64,000 bases of DNA from Dendrobates tinctorius (taxonomy: Eukaryota), in assembly GCF_039654945.1 (NCBI RefSeq), contig NW_027361869.1, positions 1,240,001 to 1,304,000 of the forward strand, given 5' to 3'. A program made the translations under genes and the position numbers. Shown here piece after piece: positions 21,606-33,259 of this stretch; the stretch's first letter is position 1, and each line of letters starts with the position of its first letter. The notes under the pieces are model-generated. The model was not told the origin of the DNA. It searched no databases and saw nothing but the letters and a program-made list of their open reading frames with translations.

Positions 21606-24600
21606 ATCCCCATGGCTGCACATCTCCGTGACTGCACGCTAGCTGCCAGAGGAGCGACACGGTCATAGGATACAGGGTCTGTCATACCTTCCGCGCTCTC
21701 AGCAGCCCAGGATCTGACCTGCACACAACTTTTTATTTACAGGAACTTATAATGGGATCTTCATTACTTTCTGGCTGCTGCTATATAACCCGTATGGTTT
21801 CCTAATGAAAACTTTGACAGAAGATCCCATTCTCTCCGGCGACACAGGAAGCAGCCTACATTCTGCCCTATTTTTGTAGCCAGGAGCTGCATGTTTTTGT
21901 TTTTTTATGACTTCTATTTTTTCCTTACAATCAGTTGGTGTCTAAATGGTTACAGAGTTTTACATATATCTATATATATGGGACAGGTGGGGGCCGTGCG
22001 GAACTATGCAGCGGTTTATGAGGCCTCTGCTATGTAGAGGACACTGTCGCCTTTCCCTTCCCATTCAGGTCTTCCTTCTGTGTTGTGTGTGGCACAAGGA
22101 GTGTGCGGTCCGACCAATACTGACATTATCCTACAGAGCGTAGCGGAGGACCCATCCCAGTACAGTAATGGCACCCACTTTTCAGGTAGGGTTTGTACAT
22201 TGGGTGTCAACTGAGACAAAGCAGATGCCAAGTAATCGCATCATTCAATTTATTAACCCTAGTGCCAGGCTTTTTTTTTTTTTTTGCAAAAGCGTCCTCA
22301 TTATCCTCATGCCACACCGTGCAAATACCTGATTAATATAATGGTAATTAACAGTGCAAAATGTGGCATGAGGCTGCCCCCTTGACGTCGTATCCATGCA
22401 TTTATTGGCCGCCGTCACATCATGCAACACCTTGGCCTGGCTTATTAATCAGAATTTTGTTTTTAGTCCACCCTTGGTTTCCTAATCCATAGATTTATAT
22501 TGTATACCTTTATGGTCTGTATCATATTTGCAGCATGTTTTTTGTGACTTTTGTTTCTCTTTTTTTTTTTTCGGCTAATCCAATTTTAATTTATTTTAAT
22601 TTTTTTTCCTTTTAAGACTGAATTTGCACTTGTCCACATACATGCATTAGCTCATATTAGTGCATAGCTTAAATGTAAGATCTACATAATGTCTGTTACA
22701 CAAAATCAAGCTCTTATCTCGCCAACACATACCGTAAAGGCCCTAGTTGGCCCCGTGTGCTATATAATTGGGTAGCAATAAACATGCGAAGGAGTGGGGG
22801 GGGGGGATTGCAGGACCTAAAAGTGGCAAAACCTGGCACCATAGTAGACTGTGTAAGCCAATTGCTCTCCAGTTTGCATTTCCCAGTATCGGCTTTTATG
22901 TTTTTAAAGAAGCTTTTTTTTTTTCCTTTTGCAGAAGACTTTTGTGCAAATCACCTGCGGATTTTAACTTCTTCCGTTCTGTTGTTTTGATTCATAGATG
23001 GCAAATAATGGCGGGTTAATGTTTTGTCAAACGTACCTCGTGGGTCGCAGCTTATAACTGACCGTGATGATGACAGGCATAATAAGGGATATGTCTTGTG
23101 GTTTGACCAAAAATTGGAACTATGGCAGAACCAAGATTGGCAGAAAAAAAAAGGGTAGGCATCATCCAGAGACTGGATATGTTTGAAGGGGGTGTCCGAC
23201 GCCGCTCACATCCACGTCGTGAGGTTACGTAGGCGCATTCACGAGCGGCAGGACTCGTGGCACGTCGTGCATGTGTTCAGGCAGGCATCTTCTGACGTAT
23301 TCTCATTAGTCGTCCCTCTCCACACACCTTTCGATGGGGAATTGTTAGGGACCGGACACACCCTTTAAAGGGAATCTGTCACCCTATTTTTCGCCTATCA
23401 GCTGCCGGCACCGACATCAGGCTCATCTGCAGCATTCTGTAATTCTGTAGATAAGCCCCCAATGTAACCTGAAAGATAAGAAAAACACTTTAGATTATAC
23501 TCACCAGGGGGGGCGGTCCGGTCTTGGTCCGATGGGTGTTGCGGTCCGGTGCCTCCCATCTTCAAACGGTGATGTATTCTTCTTTGCTGCCTGTCGTGGC
23601 TCCTGTGCAGGCGCACTGCTTTGCCCTGTTGAGGGCAGAGCAGAGTCCTGCAGTGCGCAGGCGTCGGGAGAGGTCCGGCACCTGCGCACTGCAGTGTTCT
23701 GCTCTGCCCTCAACAGGGCAAAGCAGTGCGCCTGCGCAAGAGCCACGACAGGCAGCAAAGAAGACAATGTCGCCGGAGCGGACCGTGACACCCATTGGAC
23801 CAAGACCGGACCGCCCCTGGGTAAGTATAATCTAACTCTTTTTTTCTTATCTTTCAGGTTACTTCGGGGGCTGATCTACAGCATTACATTACATTACAGG
23901 CGATAATTGCTTCACCTGTGCAATACAAAGGAAATCCCTTTAAAGCTATGGTTATGTTACCATTTGCACTTACTTTTTTTTTTTGTATTGCCAAAATGGT
24001 GAACCTTACCGTTCTTCCTGGTGTATGTGAACCAGGTTTTATTAAAGAAATCTGCGCGTCCTTGTTACGTCTGTAAGGTTCGGACCCCCATCCCCAACCT
24101 GTGGCTTTCCTAATCCAAGCCTGGGCTCTTTTCACACTACATGGAGCTTTTTATCGAGGGCATACTTTAAAAATATTTCCGATGTCAGGGTCCGACGTAT
24201 GCCTACAGTAGCAATTGTCAGGCATAGGGTCCTATTGAAAGTAATGGTCGACCTCCCAGTATAATGGGGGGGGGGGGTGAGGCTTTTATCTGTGTGGACA
24301 AAGCCCAACATTTATACGTCAGAATCTGAACATAACACAATGTGGACAGAGCTATAGATCACCATAGAGTTCCATAATGATTCGACCTCACTTCAGTAAA
24401 ATTATTAGGGGGGGTGTAAGGGTCTTGTATTTGCATTATGACCTTCCGAAAAACGAAAACTCGCCACTATTGCAATAATCTGGGGTCTTCTCCACTTGAT
24501 CTATCCCTATTGCACTTTTCCTTGTAGCAGCAGAATGGAGGACAGACGGGGAGACACCTCTTATTAAAGTCATCTACGGTTTCCTCTATGTAGAGGGCTC

Positions 24601-25345
24601 CCCTCCCTCGCTGACACACAGCGGGGACTCCTGTCAATCGACCACCCATTAGTGCTCGATTTGACATTGGACGGAGGGGATTCACAGTATATGGAGGGCA
24701 TAAAAAAAAAAGTTGACAATTACTTTAAAGTTTCTGCACTTTCACAAAACTTTTTCACACGTCCTATATTTTGATTGCACATATAAATGAATGAACATAA
24801 GAGCTTATCTGACCTCGAACTCGAAGGATGGGGCTCCACAGAAAGTATATGAAAGCAGAATCGGACGGGGAACTTCTGATCCTCCGTTTTAGCATCCAGA
24901 ACACAACTTCTGTCAAATATTTTGTGAAAGTGCAGCTAAACTTTCAGCAATGTCGTCCCACGTCTCGGGATATCAGTATGTTATGCTTTGCGTAGGTCCT
25001 GGATGTACGGAGTGTACGGCCGGTCTCCATTATATGGTTTTGTGTGTGTAGTATATTAATTGCACACTTTTACATGCACATTATATAAGAATCCTACCAT
25101 TGGTCATTCTGTAAACGGTAAATCTAGAGAACTAGACACTTCTCCGGTATATATGCCCTCACCCAGCTGTACATGAATACGTGTGTCTTGTATGTTAGGT
25201 TATACAGTGCGTGTGTGATCGAGTGTGCGTACACAACATTTCGGTTGCTTTTTGCTCCATCGCTGCACCAGTCATTGTGAAACCCTTTGGATGTTTTCTA
25301 TTTATGACAAAAGTGTTGTCAAATAATAAAGTATACTAGAACCAT
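21606..25345 (+). other. Probable terminal 3'-UTR exon of naa60
   Basis: Donor CAG|GTATGG 6 nt after the stop (20547/20548), acceptor TTTCCACTTTCCTGCAG ending 21605, U-rich sequence, AATAAA at 25325. The 3' end is uncertain. Confidence 0.5.
23369..23885. mobile_element. Palindromic TTAA MITE (T2/Kolobok-type), right end missing
   Basis: Starts TTAA|AGGGAATCTGTCACC. A long internal inverted repeat is centred near 23675 (e.g. GCTTTGCCCTGTTGAGGGCAGAGCAGA / TCTGCTCTGCCCTCAACAGGGCAAAGC). Confidence 0.8.
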
Positions 25346-27246
25346 TGTTTCTTGGCCGATTTCATGGGTGTGGATGGGGTCTCATCAAAAAGTCATTGCA
25401 AGGCATCATGACTGCTCCTATGAGGATTGCATAGGGAGAAGGCCATAGATGGAGCCATTGCAGACCAATGGACGCAGTCAGACGGCCGTATGAAACGAAT
25501 GCACGGCAAGGACTGCAGCGGCAGCGGAGATCTCCCAACCCCAGCGTGACAGCTTCATGTATTACTATGTTCAGGTAGGGAGAGCCGCCGGCCAGTCAGT
25601 GCAACCGTTCCAATCTCGGTTCGATTTATGCAGCACCTTTAAGGAGTTGCTAGTTGTGCAATTTCCCTATACTAACAAGCGGGAGCACACGCTTTACAGC
25701 TTAGGTCTTAGGAGAAGACATGGAGCAGGCTTGCAGCAGCACAGCTTATCTGCAATACCAGACAGAACCTGTGAGCAGAGGTGGCACTGTTTTTGGGATT
25801 AGATAATCTGTGTAAGGATATGTGCCCACGTTCAGATTTTTTTTGTGTTGCAAATACGTGTTGGAAGAAAAACCACGTTTTTGCGTGTATTTTTGATGCA
25901 TTTTTTAATGTTTTTTTTTTTTTTTTTTCCTATTGTAATAGGTGAAAGAGGCTGTAATTGCTTCAAATCTGGATGGAAAAAATAAGCAACATGCATGGGA
26001 TTTTAGGAGTCTCATTCAGGGCTCATCCACATTGTCAGTATTTTCCCCGTAGGAGAAGAAGGCATCGATTATTCTGATCAGTGTGGTCCGAGTATCATCA
26101 GTTTTTCTCGTGCGTGGAGATAAAAATAAAAAAGAGTTTCTGCACCTTCTCTATACTGACAGTCCATGAAATTTGGACCACACTCTGATGTCATCCAAGT
26201 GCAGTTCAATTTTTTTTTTTTCCCCAACAGACCCATAGACTTGCATGGCCGATTTTGAGCCGATGCTCTGATCACAATTTGATATGTCTCTAATATTTTC
26301 TGCTGACCAATCGGTCTGATGAAAAAAATCGGACATGTGAACATCCCCGGAGAATATCACAGGATTTGTAAATGGAAGCTAAGATGCAACCATCAGAATA
26401 AACCCTAAGCCCCTGACATAAAATTGTACGTATTTGCGGCAACATTTACCCTGGACTAATTTGGTCATCAAACAGTTAAGCCTATGTTTGAAGGAATGCG
26501 TGTGGTGACACAAGGGGACATGTTTCGGCAGGCCCGGGTGATAGTGCACGTTGTGTCCCTGCCAGTCACAATGCCCTGGGAGGTATCAAAGAAAGAATCG
26601 GAGGGGGGCTGACAACCACCCGGGCAGGTCCGTTCATGCCGAACATTCCTAGGTGATGGTATGAAGGGTTAAAAACTTGATGGACCTGTTCAGAATGGCC
26701 GAGCCCTTTGCAGCCGGTGGATTACTAGCATTATGGAATGTTGGTGGGCCAGGAAGGAGCTAGTTAATGGGATCTTGTGGTGCCCCTTTCTGTGGGTGAC
26801 CCTTGTCTCTTTTTATACCTAGCACCATAAAATTTGCTTCCTCAATCCGGACACCTACCAGTAACAACCATTAAAGTGACCATAGGGGTTGTCAATATCT
26901 CTGTGGGACTACAAATCCCAGCAGCTTCTATAGCCAACATAAAAAAAAAAACTCATTCCAATACCACAAGTGATATTTCCTTACACCCAGCTCGGCTGTA
27001 AAAGGGTTAACCCTCCCGATACCCGATCTGCGCGCGACTGAAAGATGAGGTTACGTGGCTTCATTCTTTACATGTAACACAAGGAAGAGATCGGGAAATT
27101 ACTGTCGTGTGGTCACGCCACACGATATTGTCTGACTGTCCTAAAGGGATGGACACGGTGCCTGCTGCCTGTATCAACATATTCTGCTCCACCTGTAATA
27201 TGGCAGAGGCCAAATACTAATAGCCAGCAAGTTTAGGTGGGCATGA

Positions 27247-27667
27247 GCTAATACATGGGCAAAAAAGTCCCAGAGTCTAGACGGCAAATATAAGTACTGT
27301 ATTAACCGCATGGCATATTAAGATCTTATAGATCCATCATAGACCTATCCCCCTGAGGATGCTAGTCAGGCGAAACATTAGGATAGGAGGTAATACAGTA
27401 TTAATAAATATGATGACATTTAGATTGTTCCTGTCATGCTTGATACAGTCGCATATGCTGTTGAAAGAACTTCTAATGACATGTTTCGCCTGACCAGCTT
27501 CCTCAGGGGAATGGGTCTATAGTGGTATTATAATGTGTTATTATCGGTACTTTTCTATGCCTCACTGTTAATATGATACTATAAACAATAAGTTTTATTT
27601 TGCAGCCTAGAGTTTAGGGATTTTTTTTTTTTTTAACAAATATTATATATAAGTGTCATGTATTAGC
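27247..27667. repeat. Degenerate fold-back element with an inverted pair of hammerhead-like motifs
   Basis: Arms pair (GCTAATACATG/CATGTATTAGC; ATAGACC..CCCCTGAGGA.GCT.GTCAGGCGAAACAT on both strands). Confidence 0.65.
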
Positions 27668-29109
27668 CCTGGGCTTATGTTGAATAATCACACCCACCAT
27701 TATGAAAATGGCTAAATGCTATGTCAGAACACGACGCCATCAGCAGCTGGTACATTTCGACCTGTCTGCAATCGTTGGTGTCAGGGCATGTACCCCAAGT
27801 AAAGCGAAGCCTATATATTAGCCATCGGAGGGACCTGATGACCGAATAACTATGCTAATTTACCCACAGTGAAGGATCTGTTACGTCAGCCTCCGTGTTA
27901 TGGGGTAAGTTGAGATGAGAGCACATTACAGATCGGAGGGATGAGTGTGGGGCCGACAGGTGCGTGACGGGTCCTTGACGGGTGACGGGATCCCATTAAT
28001 AATTCACTCAGTCTTGGAATATTTATCGAGCTTGTGTTTGCTCACAGCTTGTGTGTTAGTGAGGGAGCGGTGCCACACATGCCCGCGAGATCCATTTCAC
28101 AAGGGGAGACGTTCCTGCTTACATCAGAGTGAGTTAACGTAGCCTCAAATTAGCTGGTATCCGGTAGACCAGTATGGAAGAACTGGGAAGGGTTGGGCCG
28201 GGACACTGGAATCCGATCAAAAGTGCTCCGCAGTTAAGTGGAAAGCACTTCAGGAAAGACTCATTTTTTTCAAGAATTTTTTTAGAAGGTTTCTATTCCT
28301 GAAACAATAAGTATTGGGTCCCGTTTCTTTTTTTGCGCATGAAAACCCCCCAAAATGTAGCCTATTACCGTTCCAGATTTTTATAAATTTCATGCCAGAG
28401 TGCACTCTGATATCGCTCATCACTACGACTTATATATTATTAGTGTGTTTCAGCAGCATAAACATAACGTACATAACATTATCAAAAAGTTTGATAACTC
28501 AGCAAACAGGAATTTTACAGTACAAAGCAGGGCTGTGGAGTCGTGGAGTCGGAGTCGGTAGAAATGTACCGACTCCGACTCCAGCTTTAAAAAAAATGTA
28601 TTAATATTTCATAATTGAACTTTCATATGAATTTTATAAATGTTACTCAAATATATATGTTCTATCAAACTATGAACAACAGTGATAAGCAGTTCTGCTG
28701 GAGATAGAGACATTTCTTACTTCTTGTGTGTCACTGTTCTCCACTGCCCTTATCTAATCTTATACTTGGTTAACCTCATGCTGCCCCAACCCCCCTACTT
28801 ACAATGTATAAAACTGAAAGTGAAAATGTGTTGCAAATTCTTAGTAGTAAAGCTCCTCCTCTAGACTAGATCATACTAGGTGTGCGTCTTCCAAGCATCT
28901 CACAGCTGCCTGCTACTCAGAAGAGGAAGACTGTAAGAAGTATTATCCTTTCAACAAACTTTGCATCAGTTAACTGTGAGTACATGAGGAATAATAACAG
29001 TATTACTGACCACTATATCAGTTGTACGACCTGGCAATAATTTTGTACAATTGTTTTTAGGAAAAACAATTGTCATTTGGATTGTGAATGCAGAATTAAA
29101 AACCTGAGA

Positions 29110-31130
29110 ATGTCAAAGAAGCATCACATTAAATCAGCTGTATTTGAACATTTCACCATCAGTCAAGATAGAAAACATTATGTCTGTCAGTGTATGACAA
29201 ATGATCCAGACGAAAACAAATGCTGTGAAGCCAAGATGAGTGCATATTCAGGCAAAGATAAAAATGCTCCTACCAGAGCTTCTAATCTAAAGAGACATTT
29301 ACAGCGCTTTCATCCAGAAGTACTAAAGCAGTGGATGAGAAAGACTGCATCCAAACCAATGAACCAGTGCCCAGCTCTTCCAGCCAAACAAAGGAGCAGA
29401 GAACTTTGCAGCCATCAGTTGCAAGATATTTTGTCAGTGACAAAGTTACTGTGACAATGACAGTAGATATATTTAAAAAACATCATAGAGCTTGTTGTAA
29501 AGGATAGTGTGCCTATTTCATTATTTTCACGACCAGCTTTTATGTGTCTGAATGGGGAAATTGCCCGCAAGCTTGGTGTTTCTCTGGAGAGAGAGTATTA
29601 GAAAATTAGTAATCGAAGAAGCTTTTAAACAAAAGGAAGAACTTAAAAAAACTCTCAAGGGACGCTTTCTGTTTCTTAAAATGGATGCCTGCACACGTCA
29701 CAGAGTGAACTATTTTGCCATCAATGTCCGATTTGTTTGTGACAAAAATGAAATAGTTACCAAGACATTGGCAGTAAAAGACACCAAAGCTCATCACACC
29801 AGTGAGTTTCTCCAGGTCTTGGTGGAAAAGGTTCTGCAAGACTATGAACTTAAAGAGCAAGTTCTTTCTGTCATAACTGACAATGCTTCAAATATGATAA
29901 GTACTATTAAGCTAATTAATGAGAGTCATGATGGTGACCAGCAGCTAGAAGAACATTCTGGGTCCACAGACACAGAAATGTTTGAAATAGAGGAACACAG
30001 TATTGTAACTGAGGAGCAAACTGAAGTTGCTTCAGATGAACAGCAACATGATAGTTTAGGTGATCTTGTTGAAACTGTGTCAATATGTTCTTTCATTCAT
30101 CACATGCGCTGTGTTGTGCATACGCTACAGCTGGCTATAAGAGACAGTCTGCAAGAAGGACATGCTGCTGCACTGATTGGCAAGGTGAGAAAATTGGCTA
30201 CTGTTGCCAGAACCCCTAAAGTTGACTCAATTTTGAAGAGACGTGCTGGAAAAGGGGCAATTATTGATCAAGCCACACGATGGGGTAGTACTTACTTAAT
30301 GATTCAGCGCTTGGTTGAACTGAAAACCTTTCTTGTAGACATGGCTAACCCTCAACTGACGCTAAATGAAAGTCAGTGGAATCAGGTGACTGAGCTGGAA
30401 AAATTGCTAGAGCACCCATTTACAGTGACTAAAAAATTACAAGCAGAGGACTTAACTCCAGGTATTTTCTTAAAGGAGTGGAAGAACCTGATGTTTCGCC
30501 TGTCCCAAAGAGGAGGGTTAATTGCAAGTGGCATTGCTACATCAATGAAACGGAGAGAGGAGCTACTATTACAAAATAACATTCTTTTGGCAGCTGTTTA
30601 TGTAGACCCAATGCATCGGATTCTTCTAGATGATCAACAGCTAAGTAAAGGAAAAGAAGCTCTGTTTGAAATAGCAGTAAGGATGAAAGGGTTGCAGAAC
30701 AGTCAGGAGGAACAAGAAGAATTTGGTCGTCCTGCCAAATATTCCAATATTTTTATCACCCTCATCATCAACTGATGAAGAATTTAATTTAAAAAAATAT
30801 TTGGATCACAAGGACCGTGCAAAGCGTTCCCGCATAGAAGAAGAGTCATCCCCATCAAGGAACACAGCCAGTACATTTCAGCAGAATTTTTCATGTGCAC
30901 TAAAAGAAATTGAGAAATTTGACCGTTCATCAAAAATAACAGTGCAACAAGCGATTCCTCTGTATCCTGACATTGTCAGAGATGTTGCCCGAGTGGTTAC
31001 TGCTTTGCCACCAACACAAGTTAGTGTAGAGAGGTTGTTCTCTGCTCTCAAAATAATTAGATCAGATTTGAGGGCATCCATGAAGGAGGATCTGACAGAG
31101 GCAATACTTTTTCTGAGGACAAATTTATAG
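29110..31130 (+). pseudogene. hAT transposase (BED finger, DDE core, C-terminal dimerisation domain) broken into several frames
   Basis: BED-like C..C..SNLKRHLQRFH; KMDAC, ITDNASNM, RCVVHTLQL (CxxH), TRWGST; PPTQVSVERLFS. Split over ORFs 29077..29454, 29552..30775 and 30723..31130. Confidence 0.9.
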
Positions 31131-31267
31131 ATTTCTTCTTATTAACTGCATAAAAGTGTTTATTGCATATTTACTTACAGTTTAGAAAAGTTTATAAAAG
31201 TTATTTGCTATATTCTAATTGTATTCTAATAAATGTAGTTTTTTGCTCTAAGTGGTCTGATTACTTA

Positions 31268-32233
31268 CCGTATTTTTCGCTTTATAAGACGCTCCGGATT
31301 ATAAGACGCACCCCAAATTTTGAGGAGAAAAATAGGAAAAAAACTTTATTTTTAATAAAATGGTGGTGCATCTTATAATCCATGCGTCTTATTGCTTTCC
31401 AGGGGTGGTGATGGAGGAGGCCGGAGTGGAACATTGCTGCTGGGATGAGGGGGTGTTTTGATGTGCAGCGTGCCGCTGCCGGTGTCTGTTACTGCCGCCG
31501 CCCTCTGTCCCCTGATGCTTGCCACCACCGCCACGCTCTGTCCCCCGGTGCCTGCTTGCCACCACCGCCGCACTCTGTCCCCCAGTGCTTGCCACCACCG
31601 CCACTCTGTCCCCCGGTGCCTGCTTGCCACCACCGCCGCGCTCTCCCCCGGTTCTTACCGCCACCACCGCGCTCTGTCCCCCCGGTGTTTGCCGCCATCG
31701 CCGCGCTCTGTCCCGTTCTGAGGGTACTTGCCGCGGCACTCTGTGCCCTGATGCTGCCGCTGCGCTGTCCGCCACCGCCGCGCTCCTGTCCCCCGGTGGT
31801 TTCTTCCGCCCCACCGCCGCCGCCGCGCTCTGTCCCGTTCAGCGTGGGGGGGTCTCTGTCGCTCCATGCCTGCTTTCTTCCTGGAAAATGATTTTTTTCA
31901 GCGCTGAAATCTCATCTCCCGAGATTTCAGTGCCGAGATGTCCGTCTGCGCATGCGCGGCGGCCATTTTCCAGGAAGAAAGCAGGCATGGAGCGACAGAG
32001 ACCCCCCCACGCTGAACGGGACAGAGCGCGGCGGCGGCGGTGGGGCGGAAGAAACCACCGGGGGACAGGAGCGCGGCGGTGGTGGACAGCGCAGCGGCAG
32101 CATCAGGGCACAGAGTGCCGCGGCAAGTACCCTCAGTGGCAGCGCAAATGTATATCCTCTTTGTAAGACGCACCCCCTTTTTCCCCTCAATTTTGGGGGG
32201 AAAAAAGTGCGTCTTACAAAGCGGAAAATACGG
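31268..32233. mobile_element. Non-autonomous Tc2/pogo-type MITE nested in the hAT element
   Basis: TA|CCGTATTTTTCGCTTTATAAGACGC ... GCGTCTTACAAAGCGGAAAATACGG|TA. Internal GC-rich ~33-bp repeats and a ~170-bp internal palindrome (31720-31890 vs 31965-32135). Confidence 0.88.
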
Positions 32234-33245
32234 TATATGATGGTGAGAAACTGAATAAGCACGATGTTTAATATTTTACAACAGTAAATTTGTTGTTATG
32301 AATTGGCCATTTATGAAGGAGCCGGAGCCGGAGTCGGAGCCTGATAAAATCCAGGAGTCGGAGTCGCAACTGTGGCTTACCGACTCCACAGCCCTGGTAC
32401 AAAGTAGTTTTACTTTAAACAAGACAAACCAAAAAGAAGCAAAAACCGCAGCTGAAAAATATGCAATAAAAATTCATGCAAAAAAACTCAATCAAAAAAT
32501 GCAATAAGCAAAAAAAGTGAATTTCCTGTACAAATAAATAGGATTTTTTTTTTTTTAAAGTATTTGAAGAAGATTTTGGAGCTGATCCGTTTTTTGAAGA
32601 GTTTTTAGAACAGATCCTTTCCAAAATCCGCTTAAAAAAACTTGAATACCTTTTCCTATTCATTTCTATGGGAAATCCATTTTGCTGTTCATGTAAGGAG
32701 GATTTTACAGGCAACTATTTTCCTCATAAGGTTATGAAAAACGTCCGGTGGGGAAAAAACAGTATATGTCACTTCTTTAAAGCCGGCGCTAAGGGAATTC
32801 ACTCCACTATAGGCATTCTCATGGCAAACCGACCTTAGTTTGACTCAAAAGCAACTTAAATGTTCTATTTTTGAGGGAAAAAGTCACAATTCATTCACAT
32901 TGCAAAATTGTTTTGCAGTATTGCCGCCATTTTTCTAGGGTTCAGTGATTGGCGGCTGATGATGAGCAGCCATACTCTGTCATAATAGCGCTGACCTCCT
33001 GACCCAAACGTCTGTCTGGGACCAGAAGACGCCTCTCGGGAGTAGTGGTGCTGAAGCGTGGGGCCACAACATGGCTGAGAGGGGCAAAAGAAAGTGCAAA
33101 TATGGGAGTGTTTTTCAGCACCGGTGTGTGAGGAGAATATTTTGGACTATATATTTGTTAGCCCCGGACTGGTCCATCGTGGGAGAGTTGGTGGAGTGGA
33201 GGCCGGAGTGGGTGACGAGTTGCCTGAGGAAACACTCTACGGCGG

Positions 33246-33259
33246 GTCACCTAGGAAAC
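33246..33259. promoter_or_regulatory. Candidate RFX X-box downstream of foxj1.2
   Basis: GTCACCTAGGAAAC fits the palindromic X-box pattern GTNRCC-NN-RGNAAC. Confidence 0.35.

Larger units (their letters stand above)
28528..32396 (+). mobile_element. Full-length hAT DNA transposon with a frameshifted transposase
   Basis: TIRs CAGGGCTGTGGAGTCG / CGACTCCACAGCCCTG. Perfect 8-bp TSD GTACAAAG (28520-28527, 32397-32404). Subterminal GGAGTC repeats. Confidence 0.96.

Noticed and set aside
31373-32262. Pro/Arg/Ala-rich ORFs on both strands
   Set aside because: They derive from the GC-rich repeats and palindrome inside the nested MITE.
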